In this document: positions 1-10,362 of the stretch, piece by piece
How positions within the stretch are numbered: position 1 is the stretch's first letter
How the letters are laid out: every line of letters starts with the position of its first letter
Source of the DNA: an uncultured cyanobacterium
Lineage (GTDB): Bacteria; Cyanobacteriota; Cyanobacteriia; Cyanobacteriales; Cyanobacteriaceae
DNA length: 64,000 bases
NCBI GenBank assembly: GCA_963749915.1
Contig: CAVVOP010000032.1
Location: 64,001-128,000 of the forward strand
Direction of reading: 5' to 3'
Notes under the pieces: model-generated
The model's input: the letters and a program-made list of their open reading frames with translations, nothing else
What the model was told of the DNA's origin: nothing
Databases searched by the model: none
Position numbers and translations under genes: made by a program

Positions 1-1339
1 TTGCCTGATTAGCGTCTTTTAAAACATTTAAACCCTTAAATTCTCCTGCTTCCTCCGTAAAATTTCCTCTATCATCGACAGGGGATAAAATAGGTAAATG
101 ATATTTTTGTCCTGTAATATAGTCTTCTTGACCATGCCCGGGGGCAGTATGTACTAAACCTGTACCCGATTCCGTTGTAATATAATCACCGCCGATCACT
201 ACGGGACTTTCTCTGTCAAATAAAGGGTGACCATAGGTAGATAATTCCAAATCTGCACCCTTGATGGTGGTTTTCACGGTCAAATTCAGGCCCAAAGTAT
301 TGCTCAAACTTTCCACTAAATCCTGTGCCACGATAAGATATCTCATCAGTTCCTGCCCTTTTCCCACTGGCAGAGAAGATGATTTAGTAGAAGTATTACC
401 GCTATCTAAATCTAGTTTGGACTGTTTAGTACTTTGTTCCAGTTCTTTTATGGTTAAACTTTGTTGTATTAAGAATTCTTTGATCTTAATAGGGGTAGCA
501 TTCCATTCTTCCGCAGAAAGATCGAAAGGCATAATCTCAACCACTGCATAGGTTAAGTTCCCATTAACTGCCACAGCTAAATTACCCGGAATTGTCCAGG
601 GAGTTGTCGTCCAGATAGCAACGGCCAAATTAGGCATAAATTCTGCTAATTTTTCGGCTTTTTTGCCTAATTTAGTAATGGTAAAAGCGGCGTAAATACT
701 TTGGGACGTATGCCCTTCCGGGTATTCTAACTCAGCCTCCGCCAAAGCAGTTTGTGAACTGGGACTCCAATGGACAGGTTTTAAACCTCGATAGATATAA
801 CCTTTCAGTGCCATTTGTCCGAAAACTTCAATCTGTGCGGCTTCATATTCAGGATTGAGGGTTAAATAGGGGTTTTCCCAGTCTCCCCAGATACCATAAC
901 GTTTAAAGCCTTTTGCTTGTTCTTGTTGGGCTTTGAGGGCGAAATCACGGGCTTTGTGACGCAATGTGATGGGAGTTAAACCTTCTCTTTCTTTCGACTT
1001 CAAACTTTGTAATACTTTAAGCTCGATGGGCAACCCGTGACAATCCCACCCCGGAACATAACGCACCTTATGACCTTGTAATGATTTATATTTATTAATA
1101 ATATCTTTAAGAACTTTATTGAGGGCATGACCCATATGTAAGCTACCATTGGCGTAAGGAGGCCCATCGTGGAGAATAAACAAGTCTTGAGGATTATTTT
1201 CAGCTAATTGCTCATAAATCTGAGTTTCTTGCCAAAATTTCTGCAATTCAGGCTCTCTTTTCACCGCATTAGCTCTCATATCAAAGGTAGTTTGCGGTAA
1301 ATTAACGGTATCTTTATAACTTTTGTGTTCAGTCACCAT
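1..1339 (-). CDS. ileS: isoleucine--tRNA ligase, 5' part (runs off window start)
   Basis: Manual translation of the minus strand from ATG 1339: [25 protein letters not shown]...[20 protein letters not shown] (HIGH region), [20 protein letters not shown]. Confidence 0.97.
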   Translation of the reverse strand, partial: MVTEHKSYKDTVNLPQTTFDMRANAVKREPELQKFWQETQIYEQLAENNPQDLFILHDGPPYANGSLHMGHALNKVLKDIINKYKSLQGHKVRYVPGWDCHGLPIELKVLQSLKSKEREGLTPITLRHKARDFALKAQQEQAKGFKRYGIWGDWENPYLTLNPEYEAAQIEVFGQMALKGYIYRGLKPVHWSPSSQTALAEAELEYPEGHTSQSIYAAFTITKLGKKAEKLAEFMPNLAVAIWTTTPWTIPGNLAVAVNGNLTYAVVEIMPFDLSAEEWNATPIKIKEFLIQQSLTIKELEQSTKQSKLDLDSGNTSTKSSSLPVGKGQELMRYLIVAQDLVESLSNTLGLNLTVKTTIKGADLELSTYGHPLFDRESPVVIGGDYITTESGTGLVHTAPGHGQEDYITGQKYHLPILSPVDDRGNFTEEAGEFKGLNVLKDANQA

Positions 1340-1554
1340 CGCACTCTTCTTTTACTCTAGAATTTTCTCTTTATGTGATTGATTGTATCGTTAATAGGGT
1401 TTATTGCCGAATTATAGTTAGTGCATGAGATTTATAAAGTTCCTTGAAGACTTTTTGTCGTAGTCTTTATTATTTTTGTGAGAATTAATGGTAATTTTCC
1501 TTTTTTAAGATTACCATTTTTATAAAATACATCCTAAAAAAAGGGGCTTGCATT

Positions 1555-2256
1555 ATGCTTAAAAAATTATCTCTAGGGTCATCTATGCTCCTGTCACTTG
1601 CAGTAATAAACGGAGGTGTAAGTCATGCCGTAAGTATAATTGATACAACTACAGATTGGAATGGGTTGGAGTCTATTTCCCCATTTGGTGAAACCGATAC
1701 GGCAACATATGGTCAAACTTTTACTGTAGGAACTGAGACGACTCTTTATAACTTTTCCTTTTTCCTTGACGGTGAGAATGATCCCGGTGTCGTAGATTTT
1801 GCTGGTTATGTAATGGAGTGGAATGGAAGTGAGAGTAAAGCAACGGGTAGTATTCTTTATCAAAGTGGGCCACTCTCCACCAATGCCAATGATGTGGGCT
1901 TTGAGGAGTTCCAGTTTGACACTGGGGGAATTAACTTAACCCAAGGGAAGCAATACGTCGCTTTTTTAAGTGCTTCTGATTTTTTTGATGGTACAGCAGG
2001 AACATCTAAGGTGGGGGCCAGATTAACTGACGTATATGATGGGGGAGGATTCTTTTATTCTAACAATGAAAATGATTTTAGTCTCTTAACTACGAACTCT
2101 TGGGACTTTGGCGGAGAAAACGTGGTTGGTTTTTCTGATCTAGCTTTTAAAGCCTCTTTTTCTCCTTCTGTTGAACCTGTCCCCGAACCCGTTACCATTT
2201 TAGGAACTTTTGTGGCGGGGGCGTTGGGAATAGCATTTAAACGAAAATCCGCTTAA
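1555..2256 (+). CDS. PEP-CTERM sorting domain surface protein
   Basis: N-terminal signal peptide; C-terminal VPEPVTILG, a hydrophobic helix and basic tail KRKSA. Confidence 0.9.
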   Translation: MLKKLSLGSSMLLSLAVINGGVSHAVSIIDTTTDWNGLESISPFGETDTATYGQTFTVGTETTLYNFSFFLDGENDPGVVDFAGYVMEWNGSESKATGSILYQSGPLSTNANDVGFEEFQFDTGGINLTQGKQYVAFLSASDFFDGTAGTSKVGARLTDVYDGGGFFYSNNENDFSLLTTNSWDFGGENVVGFSDLAFKASFSPSVEPVPEPVTILGTFVAGALGIAFKRKSA

Positions 2257-2385
2257 TTTTACTCCTGTTTTATTACCCACAGTTCAAGACACGAAACCCA
2301 ATATTCTCAAGATATTTCCTATCTTTGTTTTTGGGTTTTAACTACTTTTAAAATTAAGAATTAAGAAACAGTTTAATTCTACATT

Positions 2386-2461
2386 TTAAATTCTAAATTC
2401 TAAATTCTAAATTCTAAATTACCCTCATCAAATTGTTTTCGGGCTTAACCGAGAAGTATTG
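2386..2461. repeat. heptamer tandem repeat (TTCTAAA)n followed by MITE end CTTAACCGAGAAGTATTG
   Basis: The same heptamer run plus CTAACCGAGCAGTATTG recurs at ~33750-33821; the inverted end CAATACTGCTCAGTTAAG is at ~39306. Confidence 0.6.
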
Positions 2462-2487
2462 AACAAAATCGTTGAGCGCACGCATCC

Positions 2488-2724
2488 TTATTCTGGCTTT
2501 TCTTGGTTCTGTACATATCCTATAAGTCGTTCTAAAGGAGCTTGTGCGCCCACGCTAATAATAGCATAACTACCCGACCAGAATTGAGGTTTAGACCCCC
2601 AATAAAACTGAGATAAATGTTCAGAATACTCAGAACGTAAACGACGAGAAGTAACAGTTTTTATATTATTGACTAATTTAGAAAGCTCTACAGAAGGATG
2701 AGTTTCAAACAATAAGTGAATATG
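2488..2724 (-). pseudogene. tnpA: IS200/IS605 TnpA (Y1 HUH transposase), 5'-truncated
   Basis: HIHLLF (HUH motif), KTVTSRRLR, FWSGSY, YVQNQ (catalytic Tyr); in-frame stop at 2731-2733 just upstream of HIH, so the N-terminal part is missing. Confidence 0.85.
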
Positions 2725-2756
2725 GTATGATCAAGTCAATAAGCTTCGAGCCAGTC

Positions 2757-4172
2757 ATGGGTAAGTCTAAAGCCAAGGGTAAAACTAAAAAGAAAAAGCC
2801 AGACTCTATGATTCGTACAGATGTGTGGAATCTCAAAGTAACATCTGTAGAAAAAAAGCTATTATTGTTGACAGTTACACAATACAGGAAATTCCTAAAG
2901 ACTTTAGTTTTCATGGCTAATGCTGAATGGACAATAATTGGTAATCTTAGCGATCAAGAGAAAGTTAATTATCTAGAAAAATCTATTCATGTAACTAGCA
3001 AAAATACAAATACTAAATATTCATATTATCGAAAAGTTGTTAATAAATATCCATCATTTCGTAAGTTTCCTAGTTACTTAAGAAGAGCAGCCATAGCTGA
3101 TGCTATCGGCATCGTTTCAAGTTTTCAGACTCGTTATAGACAATGGCAATCAGGGATAAGAAAATATAAAAAAGTTAGACCGCCTCGATTAACAGCAATG
3201 TGTCAATCTTATCCTGCCTTATATAAAGGCCAACAAGTTAAATATCATAATGATTATCAAAATGTTGACCTCAAAGTTTGGAACGGTTCAGATTGGGTAT
3301 GGTTAGAAGAAATCCCAGTAAAGGGCCATGGACTTAACCGACATAAAGTGATAGGAAATCAAATTAAATCACCTGCTTTAGTGGTTAATTCTAAGACTTG
3401 TCAGCTTTCAATGCCAGTTAAAGTTAAACCGATAAAAAAGGAGGATTCTGATTATGTTTGTTCTGTAGATTTAGGCATTAATAATGCGGCAACTTGTTCG
3501 ATTGTGGGCGATAACGGTACTGTAAAGGCTCGGAAATTTATCAATCCGGCTAGAGACATAGACCGTCGAAATAAGCGAAGAATGATGATTACTAAAAAGT
3601 CACAGCAAACTCATCACAAAACTGGAAAAAAGTTGGTTAAAGGCTTTTGCCAAGGGCTTTATCGCAAATCAAGTAATATTAATTTAGAGATTTCTCGTAA
3701 AGTTTCTAGAGAAATTATTGAGTTTGCTAAACTTCATAACGTTAAAGTAATTGTCCTTGAGAACTTAGCTCGATGGAAAGCTAAGGGAGGAAAGAAAGGC
3801 ACTTTGATGAGACAAAAGTTTCATTTATGGTGTCATCAAAAAATAGTAGAGATTTTAAGTGACCGATGGGCAGAACTAGGGGGAGATGTGCAAACAGTTA
3901 ACCCTAAATATACCAGTGCTTATGCCTTTGATGGTAGTGGGAAAGTTAAACGGAATAAAAATAATTATTCTTTGTGTGTTTTTCCATCTGGTAAACAATA
4001 TAATGCTGATTTATCCGCTTCATATAATATCGGAGCAAGATATTGGTATTCTGTCTTAATTGGTGATCAGTATTTCTCTAGGGTATTTGTTAGCGAAAGT
4101 CCTACAAATACATTGCGAACACCAATAACCTTAGGGACACTTAGGAGTCTAGAACCTTCCGGGTGCAAGTGA
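2757..4172 (+). CDS. tnpB: IS200/IS605 TnpB-family RNA-guided endonuclease
   Basis: RuvC motifs VDLGINN, IVLENL, NADLSASYNIG; divergent from tnpA. Start at ATG 2757 preferred; the ORF extends to 2727. Confidence 0.88.
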   Translation: MGKSKAKGKTKKKKPDSMIRTDVWNLKVTSVEKKLLLLTVTQYRKFLKTLVFMANAEWTIIGNLSDQEKVNYLEKSIHVTSKNTNTKYSYYRKVVNKYPSFRKFPSYLRRAAIADAIGIVSSFQTRYRQWQSGIRKYKKVRPPRLTAMCQSYPALYKGQQVKYHNDYQNVDLKVWNGSDWVWLEEIPVKGHGLNRHKVIGNQIKSPALVVNSKTCQLSMPVKVKPIKKEDSDYVCSVDLGINNAATCSIVGDNGTVKARKFINPARDIDRRNKRRMMITKKSQQTHHKTGKKLVKGFCQGLYRKSSNINLEISRKVSREIIEFAKLHNVKVIVLENLARWKAKGGKKGTLMRQKFHLWCHQKIVEILSDRWAELGGDVQTVNPKYTSAYAFDGSGKVKRNKNNYSLCVFPSGKQYNADLSASYNIGARYWYSVLIGDQYFSRVFVSESPTNTLRTPITLGTLRSLEPSGCK

Positions 4173-4269
4173 ATCCCCAACTATAATTTTTAATTTAGTT
4201 GGGGTGTGTTCAAATACGTCTTAGCTTACAATCATTTTCCTTTTATTTTCAACCATTAACTAAATTTTT

Positions 4270-5514
4270 ATGGATAATATTCAAGCTATTAGAGGTACTA
4301 AAGATATTTTGCCGTCGGAGGTGATATACTGGCAATATCTCGAAAAAATCGCTTCGGAAATTTTAGCTAAGGCTAGTTATCAAGAAATTAGAACTCCTAT
4401 TTTTGAGCAAACTCCCCTATTTGAAAGGGGTATCGGGGAAGCCACCGACGTAGTAGGCAAAGAAATGTACACATTTATAGATCGAGGCGATCGCTCTATA
4501 ACATTACGTCCTGAAGGTACGGCAGGAGTAGTGCGTTCTTATATTCAAAATAAATTATTTGCTGGTGGTGGAATTGATAGATTATGGTATTGTGGAGCCA
4601 TGTTTCGTTATGAACGTCCCCAAGCAGGAAGACAACGACAGTTTCATCAAATTGGTTTGGAATTGTTAGGTAGTAGGGCGGCAAGGGCAGATGTTGAAGT
4701 AATTGCCATCGCCTCCGATATATTAAAGGCATTGGGGTTAAAAAACCTCAGTTTGCAGATTAACTCTGTGGGTAGTAAAGAAGACAGACTAAACTATCGA
4801 CAAGCCCTCATAGATTATCTCATCCCCTACAAAAACGACTTAGATAGTGATTCACAGGATAGATTAACCCGTAATCCGTTACGCATTTTAGACAGTAAAG
4901 ATAAAACAACTCAAAAAATCGCTAAAAATGCTCCTAGTATCCTTGATTATCTCAGTGATGATTCCCGAAGCCATTTTGAGCAAGTATGCTGCTTATTGAC
5001 AGATTTAAGTATCCCCTACGAATTAAATCCTCGTCTTGTTAGGGGCTTGGATTATTATACTCACACTGCTTTTGAAATACAATCCGCAGATTTAGGTGCA
5101 CAGGCTACAGTCTGCGGTGGAGGAAGGTATGATGGTTTGGTGTCTCAATTGGGAGGTGTGGAAACTCCTGCTGTGGGTTGGGCCATCGGCATGGAAAGGT
5201 TAATCTTATTGTTAGAACAATTGCAACCTCTTAAACCTCAAACTCCCGATATTTATTTTGTTTCTCGTGGGGAAAAAGCAGAAAATCAAGCCCTTGTCAT
5301 TGCCCAAAATTTACGTCAAGCCGGTTTTAAGGTAGAATTGGACCTCAGTGGTAGTAATTTCGCTAAACAGTTTAAACGTGGCGATCGCAGTGGTGCTAAA
5401 ATCTGTTTAGTTTTGGGAGATAGCGAAGTAGAACAAGGTATAATTCAAGTTAAAAACTTAGCAACCTCAGAACAAAAAACTGTATCTCAAGGAGAGTTAT
5501 TGCAGGTTTTATAG
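4270..5514 (+). CDS. hisS: histidine--tRNA ligase
   Basis: RGTKD, LRPEGTA, FRYERPQAGRQRQFHQ, RGLDYY, GGGRYD motifs. Confidence 0.98.
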   Translation: MDNIQAIRGTKDILPSEVIYWQYLEKIASEILAKASYQEIRTPIFEQTPLFERGIGEATDVVGKEMYTFIDRGDRSITLRPEGTAGVVRSYIQNKLFAGGGIDRLWYCGAMFRYERPQAGRQRQFHQIGLELLGSRAARADVEVIAIASDILKALGLKNLSLQINSVGSKEDRLNYRQALIDYLIPYKNDLDSDSQDRLTRNPLRILDSKDKTTQKIAKNAPSILDYLSDDSRSHFEQVCCLLTDLSIPYELNPRLVRGLDYYTHTAFEIQSADLGAQATVCGGGRYDGLVSQLGGVETPAVGWAIGMERLILLLEQLQPLKPQTPDIYFVSRGEKAENQALVIAQNLRQAGFKVELDLSGSNFAKQFKRGDRSGAKICLVLGDSEVEQGIIQVKNLATSEQKTVSQGELLQVL

Positions 5515-5601
5515 CATCCGCGCAGGAGGTAGAAGGAAAATAGCTAATATTAAAGGGTTTCAGAATTTAGGAATGTCCTAATCATCTCGTTTGTTGCTAT
5601 A
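5510..5601. mobile_element. degenerate MITE with TATAGCA...TGCTATA termini (IS630-like ends)
   Basis: Terminal inverted TATAGCA/TGCTATA; overlaps the hisS stop codon. Confidence 0.55.
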
Positions 5602-5696
5602 TAATCGTAAAGTAAGGTGGTTTATGAAATATAAAGATATCCTACTAATTTCTAATTTCAGAGTGACATTATTTATTACAAATTTATCAGAAAATT

Positions 5697-6023
5697 ATGG
5701 ATAATAACAACGATTGGCTCAAACAGTTACTAATGATTGGGGTTGGTACTACTTCCCTCGCCGCCGAAAAAATTAAGGAAGTAAGCGAGCAATGGGTGAA
5801 AGAGGGTAAAATAAATCCTGATCAGGCTAAAGGTATTGTGGATGATTTGATGCAACAAATTCAATCAGATCAAGGTTATATTCAAGCCCAAATTGAGCGA
5901 CAAATACGCAATATTTTACAAGATTTGGGAGTTCCTAAACAGTCAGAAATGGATGAATTAAGGGGTAGAATTGATCGCTTAGAGCGTCAAATTAGAGATT
6001 TAGAAAACAAATTATGGAGATAA
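5697..6023 (+). CDS. phasin-family / PhaF-like coiled-coil protein
   Basis: LLMIGVGTTSLAAEK...VKEGKI and LGVPKQSEMDELRGRIDRLE pattern. Confidence 0.75.
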   Translation: MDNNNDWLKQLLMIGVGTTSLAAEKIKEVSEQWVKEGKINPDQAKGIVDDLMQQIQSDQGYIQAQIERQIRNILQDLGVPKQSEMDELRGRIDRLERQIRDLENKLWR

Positions 6024-6079
6024 ATAATTAATAATTAATAATTAATAATTTCATATTTCTTAATTATTAATTTTTAGAT

Positions 6080-6400
6080 ATTTCTCTAAACTTAAAAATT
6101 ATATCTTCTAATTCATATTGATGTAAAATAAACGCCTCATAATAGATAGTAGAAAGACATTTTCTAAATTGATTAGCAAGTAAAGATTCGTCTAACAATT
6201 TATTAAAAAGTTTTGGAAATCAGACTTTGCCGCTTTAACGGTTTTTTCTGTGTCAGGGAATTTTAAAATCATCCCTTGTGCATTTAAACCTTTAATCAAA
6301 CTTTCCCATTTTTCAAAAGTGAGATTATCGGTGTTAAAATGGCGATCGCATTTTTAAATCACAACAGTCGAGTTAAAAGTTCTCCGGGTTGTAAGTTAAA
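6080..6400 (-). pseudogene. possible degraded gene remnant
   Basis: Protein-like frames broken by frameshifts (DRHFNTDNLTFEKWESLIKGLNAQGMILKFPDTEK; KLFNKLLDESLLANQFRKCLSTIYYEAFY); family not recognised. Confidence 0.25.
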
Positions 6401-6513
6401 TGATTCAATGATGATAGTAAATAATAATTAATAATTGCTGATCATAGACAAATGAGAGTTTGTGATAGACAATTAATAATTGACCTTAATTAAAACAAAA
6501 TACTTTATCTAAA

Positions 6514-7083
6514 ATGAAGCCGATTATATTCAGCATGGGAATTGTCATCATCTGTGCCGGATTTTTGATAATTTCCCTTATTTTTAATAATAGTAAACCA
6601 GAGGCGATCGCTGGGGAAATAGGGACAAACAATGTTACACTAACTCAGAATATATCTGAAAAATCATCTTTGATAGCAGATGCTAGTCAACTTAAACCTA
6701 AAGGAAATATGGACATAGATTTATCAACTGCACAAACTTCTTCCACTGGATTAATGTATATTGAAACCGTCGCCGGAGAAGGAGAAAATCCTCAAAGGGG
6801 GCAAAAAGTTACCGTACATTACACAGGTTACTTAGCTGAAGAAGGGTTTAAAAGAGGCGAAAAGTTTGATAGTTCCCTCGATCGCAATCAACCTTTCACC
6901 TTTACCCTAGGTGTAGGGCAAGTTATCAAAGGATGGGATGAAGGGGTAGCAAATATGAAAGTAGGTACAAAAAGTACTTTAATCATTCCCCCTGACTTAG
7001 GTTATGGTACAAGAGGTGCCGGTGGTGCAATTCCCCCTAACGCCACCCTTATCTTTGACGTGGAATTGTTGGGGATTAAATAA
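6514..7083 (+). CDS. FKBP-type peptidyl-prolyl isomerase with N-terminal anchor
   Basis: [36 protein letters not shown]. Confidence 0.95.
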   Translation: MKPIIFSMGIVIICAGFLIISLIFNNSKPEAIAGEIGTNNVTLTQNISEKSSLIADASQLKPKGNMDIDLSTAQTSSTGLMYIETVAGEGENPQRGQKVTVHYTGYLAEEGFKRGEKFDSSLDRNQPFTFTLGVGQVIKGWDEGVANMKVGTKSTLIIPPDLGYGTRGAGGAIPPNATLIFDVELLGIK

Positions 7084-7136
7084 TTAGGAATTAGGGATTA
7101 GGGATTAGAGATTAGAAATTAACAAATTTTCTCCTC

Positions 7137-8369
7137 TTGTCCGTGTCTGATTGTCTCCAAATATTTTCTCCCATCATGGCAAGTAAAAAAAAAGAGCAAA
7201 ATTGGGGTTATTGGTTTTTATTACCTCTTTATCCTTATCAACAACGCCCCACGTTAAGACAAGAAGTTGTTAAGGATACTGTTTGGACATTTGAGCAACC
7301 TCACGGGTTATTATATGCTGTTGTGCCAATTCGGATGACGGTGATCAAACTCCTCCAGGGTGGCTTATTAGTATATTGTCCGATCGCCCCAACTCAAGAA
7401 TGTGTTAATCTTGTCAGAGAATTGGAAAATAATCACGGAAAAGTGAAGTATATTATCCACTCTACCAGTTCAGGGTTAGAGCATAAAATTTTTGTGGGTC
7501 CTTTTGCTCGTCGTTTCCCTACCGCCGAAGTTTGGAGTGCTCCTAGTCAGTGGAGTTTTCCCCTTAATTTACCTATCACATGGCTTGGGTTTCCCCCTCG
7601 ACGCACGAAAATTTTACCCTTCGATTACCGAGAATCTCCCTTCGCTGATGAATTTCAATATCAGATTTTAGACATCGATTTAAGTAAAGGCTCTTTTGTT
7701 GAAGTAGCTTTATTACATAAACAATCTAAAACTCTTTTAGTCACCGATACCGTCATCAAAATTCCCCGACAACCACCAGCTATTCTTGAATTAAATCCTT
7801 TTCCTTTGCTTTTTCATGCCAGAGAAACCGCCTTAGATAATCTCGAAAATACCAGGGAAAATCGTCTTAAGGGTTGGCAGAGAATTTGTTTATTTGCCCT
7901 TTATTTTCGTCCTAGTGTGATAGAAACCACTACCATCAAACAATTAATTCAAGAAGCCATAAATGCCCCGAATCGTTCTCGTGCTAATTATTTCGGTTTA
8001 TTTCCTTTTCGGTGGCAAAAAAATTGGCAAAAATCCTTTGAGGCGATCGCTAATCGAGAAATACCTTTTGTTGCACCGATACTCGAAACTTTAATTTTAC
8101 CCCAAGCACCCCAAGAAGTGATTAATTGGGCGAGTATAATATCAACATGGGATTTTAAGCAAATTATTCCCGCTCATTTTACCGCACCGATAGAAACAAA
8201 ACCGTCACAATTTCGTCAAGCATTTTCCTTTTTAGAAAACAACCCCAATGTGCCCGAAAAAATCTACCTCAGCGGCAATGAGCAAATTTACCGCCGGGAT
8301 GGTAATTTTATTAAACAACTAGAAGCTACATTAGTTAAATTCAAAATAGCAAAACCACCGAAGATATAA
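7137..8369 (+). CDS. DUF4336-family protein
   Basis: LPLYPY, PIRMTVIKL, GLEHK, LLVTD, IIPAHF; true start probably ATG ~7176. Confidence 0.8.
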   Translation: MSVSDCLQIFSPIMASKKKEQNWGYWFLLPLYPYQQRPTLRQEVVKDTVWTFEQPHGLLYAVVPIRMTVIKLLQGGLLVYCPIAPTQECVNLVRELENNHGKVKYIIHSTSSGLEHKIFVGPFARRFPTAEVWSAPSQWSFPLNLPITWLGFPPRRTKILPFDYRESPFADEFQYQILDIDLSKGSFVEVALLHKQSKTLLVTDTVIKIPRQPPAILELNPFPLLFHARETALDNLENTRENRLKGWQRICLFALYFRPSVIETTTIKQLIQEAINAPNRSRANYFGLFPFRWQKNWQKSFEAIANREIPFVAPILETLILPQAPQEVINWASIISTWDFKQIIPAHFTAPIETKPSQFRQAFSFLENNPNVPEKIYLSGNEQIYRRDGNFIKQLEATLVKFKIAKPPKI

Positions 8370-8420
8370 CCTGTGGCTTTGCCATGGGTACAATTTGAAA
8401 ATTACCGACATCGGAGTTAT

Positions 8421-10328
8421 TTATTTACTCAACATGGGTTGTTTTTTGGAAAAATCGGCAACAATTTGACGAAAAACATTGCCATCAATAGATTCTTTCT
8501 CGATTAACTGATCTACTAAATTATCAATTAAAGCCCGATTATCACTAATAATTTTTTTGGCATTTTCATAACACTGGGAGACAATTCCCTGAATTTGTAA
8601 ATCGATTTTTTCCGCAATTTCTTGGGAATACTCAGATCGATTAATGGTATCATTGCCTAGGAATATGGGTTGTTCTTCTCCTTCTAAAGCGATGGGGCCT
8701 AATTCCGACATTCCGAATTTAGTTACGATTTGACGGGTTAAAGATGTAACTCTTTCAATGTCATTTCCTGCCCCTGTGGTTATTTCACCATCACCGAAAA
8801 TAACCTCTTCGGCTGCCCTTCCCCCTAGTAAACCTGTAATACGGGCAAACAGTTGGGTTTTAGAAATCAAACCCTGTTCTTCATCGGGAGTAAACCATGT
8901 TAAACCCCTTGCCTGTCCTCTAGGAATAAGGGTGACTTTTTCCACGGGATCGTGACCTTTAGTAAAAGTACCTACAATTGCGTGACCAATTTCGTGATAG
9001 GCGATTAACCTTTTACTCTTACTATCCACTAAAGGAGTGCCTTCCATTCCCGCAATAACTCGATCGATTGCCGCATCTATTTCCGCCATTGTCACCGCTT
9101 CTTTTCTTCTTCTGACCGTTAAAATAGCGGCTTCATTAAGTAAATTGGCTAAATCTGCTCCCGAAAATCCTGGAGTCCTTTGGGCGATGGTGTCTAAGCA
9201 GACTTCAGGATCTATTTTTTTGGTGGCGGCATGAACATTTAAAATCCCTAAACGTCCGTTTAAATCGGGATAATCGACAATAACTTGGCGATCGAACCTT
9301 CCGGGGCGTAATAAGGCACTATCCAACACATCTGGGCGATTAGTGGCGGCAATGACAATAATCCCCGTATTACCCTCAAATCCGTCCATTTCCGTCAATA
9401 ATTGGTTTAAGGTTTGTTCCCTCTCATCGTTACCGCCGCCGATGCCTGTACCCCTTTGTCGTCCTACTGCATCAATTTCATCAATAAACACCAAGCAGGG
9501 GGCAATTTCTTTGGCTTTTTTGAATAAGTCACGGACTCGAGAAGCACCAACTCCTACAAACATCTCGACAAATTCGGAGCCAGAAATGCTGAAAAAAGGA
9601 ACTTGAGCTTCTCCGGCGATGGCTTTAGCTAAAAGAGTTTTACCTGTACCCGGAGGACCTATTAATAAAACACCTCTAGGAATTTTAGCTCCAACGGCGG
9701 TAAATTTATCAGGGGTTTTTAAAAATACCACGACTTCCCCTAATTCTTCCTTAGCTTCCTCAATTCCTGCTACATCCTTAAATTCAACTCCCGTAGTGGC
9801 TTCCATTTGAAATCTTGCCCTTGATTTACCGAAATTCATTGCCCCGACAGCACTATTAGCAGATTTTTTGATCAACAGGAATAAACCAATAATCAAGATA
9901 AGCAATATTCCTAGTTGCATCGTGTTAAGTAAAGCGGCGGTGTTAGCGGCAGAAGATTCCACCACAAAATCAACCCCTTTTTCTCGAATTTTGGCAATCA
10001 ATTCAGGATTTTGATTAAATAACTTGACTTTTTCTGGTTGATTCTGATTTTCTCCTTTCAAATAAACATAGGCGATATTAGTAGAAGGGTCAATGGAAAC
10101 TTTCTTTACTTCCCCTGTTTCCAAGCTTTTGAGTAAATCACTGAAATTAAATTGCTCTTTTTTGTCTTGTGCCAAAACACCATTGCCAGTAAAAAACGTT
10201 TGTAATAGCAATAAACTTCCAGCCACTAAACTGATAATTTTTTTGTTTTTAGATACTTTATTTTTGTTTAATTTTTGATGATGACTGTGCATTTGATGAT
10301 TCTCTAAAATAATTGATAAATTATTCAA
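8421..10328 (-). CDS. ftsH: ATP-dependent zinc metalloprotease FtsH
   Basis: [18 protein letters not shown], second region of homology [15 protein letters not shown] zinc motif. Confidence 0.97.
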   Translation of the reverse strand: MNNLSIILENHQMHSHHQKLNKNKVSKNKKIISLVAGSLLLLQTFFTGNGVLAQDKKEQFNFSDLLKSLETGEVKKVSIDPSTNIAYVYLKGENQNQPEKVKLFNQNPELIAKIREKGVDFVVESSAANTAALLNTMQLGILLILIIGLFLLIKKSANSAVGAMNFGKSRARFQMEATTGVEFKDVAGIEEAKEELGEVVVFLKTPDKFTAVGAKIPRGVLLIGPPGTGKTLLAKAIAGEAQVPFFSISGSEFVEMFVGVGASRVRDLFKKAKEIAPCLVFIDEIDAVGRQRGTGIGGGNDEREQTLNQLLTEMDGFEGNTGIIVIAATNRPDVLDSALLRPGRFDRQVIVDYPDLNGRLGILNVHAATKKIDPEVCLDTIAQRTPGFSGADLANLLNEAAILTVRRRKEAVTMAEIDAAIDRVIAGMEGTPLVDSKSKRLIAYHEIGHAIVGTFTKGHDPVEKVTLIPRGQARGLTWFTPDEEQGLISKTQLFARITGLLGGRAAEEVIFGDGEITTGAGNDIERVTSLTRQIVTKFGMSELGPIALEGEEQPIFLGNDTINRSEYSQEIAEKIDLQIQGIVSQCYENAKKIISDNRALIDNLVDQLIEKESIDGNVFRQIVADFSKKQPMLSK

Positions 10329-10362
10329 CTAAATGAAATTTACTTGCCTGTGTTTATTATCC

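Larger units (their letters stand above)
2470..4213 (+). mobile_element. IS200/IS605-family element (defective tnpA plus tnpB); left end not resolved
   Basis: Right-end hairpin CCCCAACTA/TAGTTGGGG (4175-4204) followed by TGTGTTCAA ending at 4213. Confidence 0.8.

Noticed and set aside
261..551. 96-aa plus-strand ORF
   Set aside because: Antisense to ileS
7072..7120. (GGGATTA)n and similar heptamer runs (also ~19975-20020)
   Set aside because: Ordinary cyanobacterial short tandem repeats
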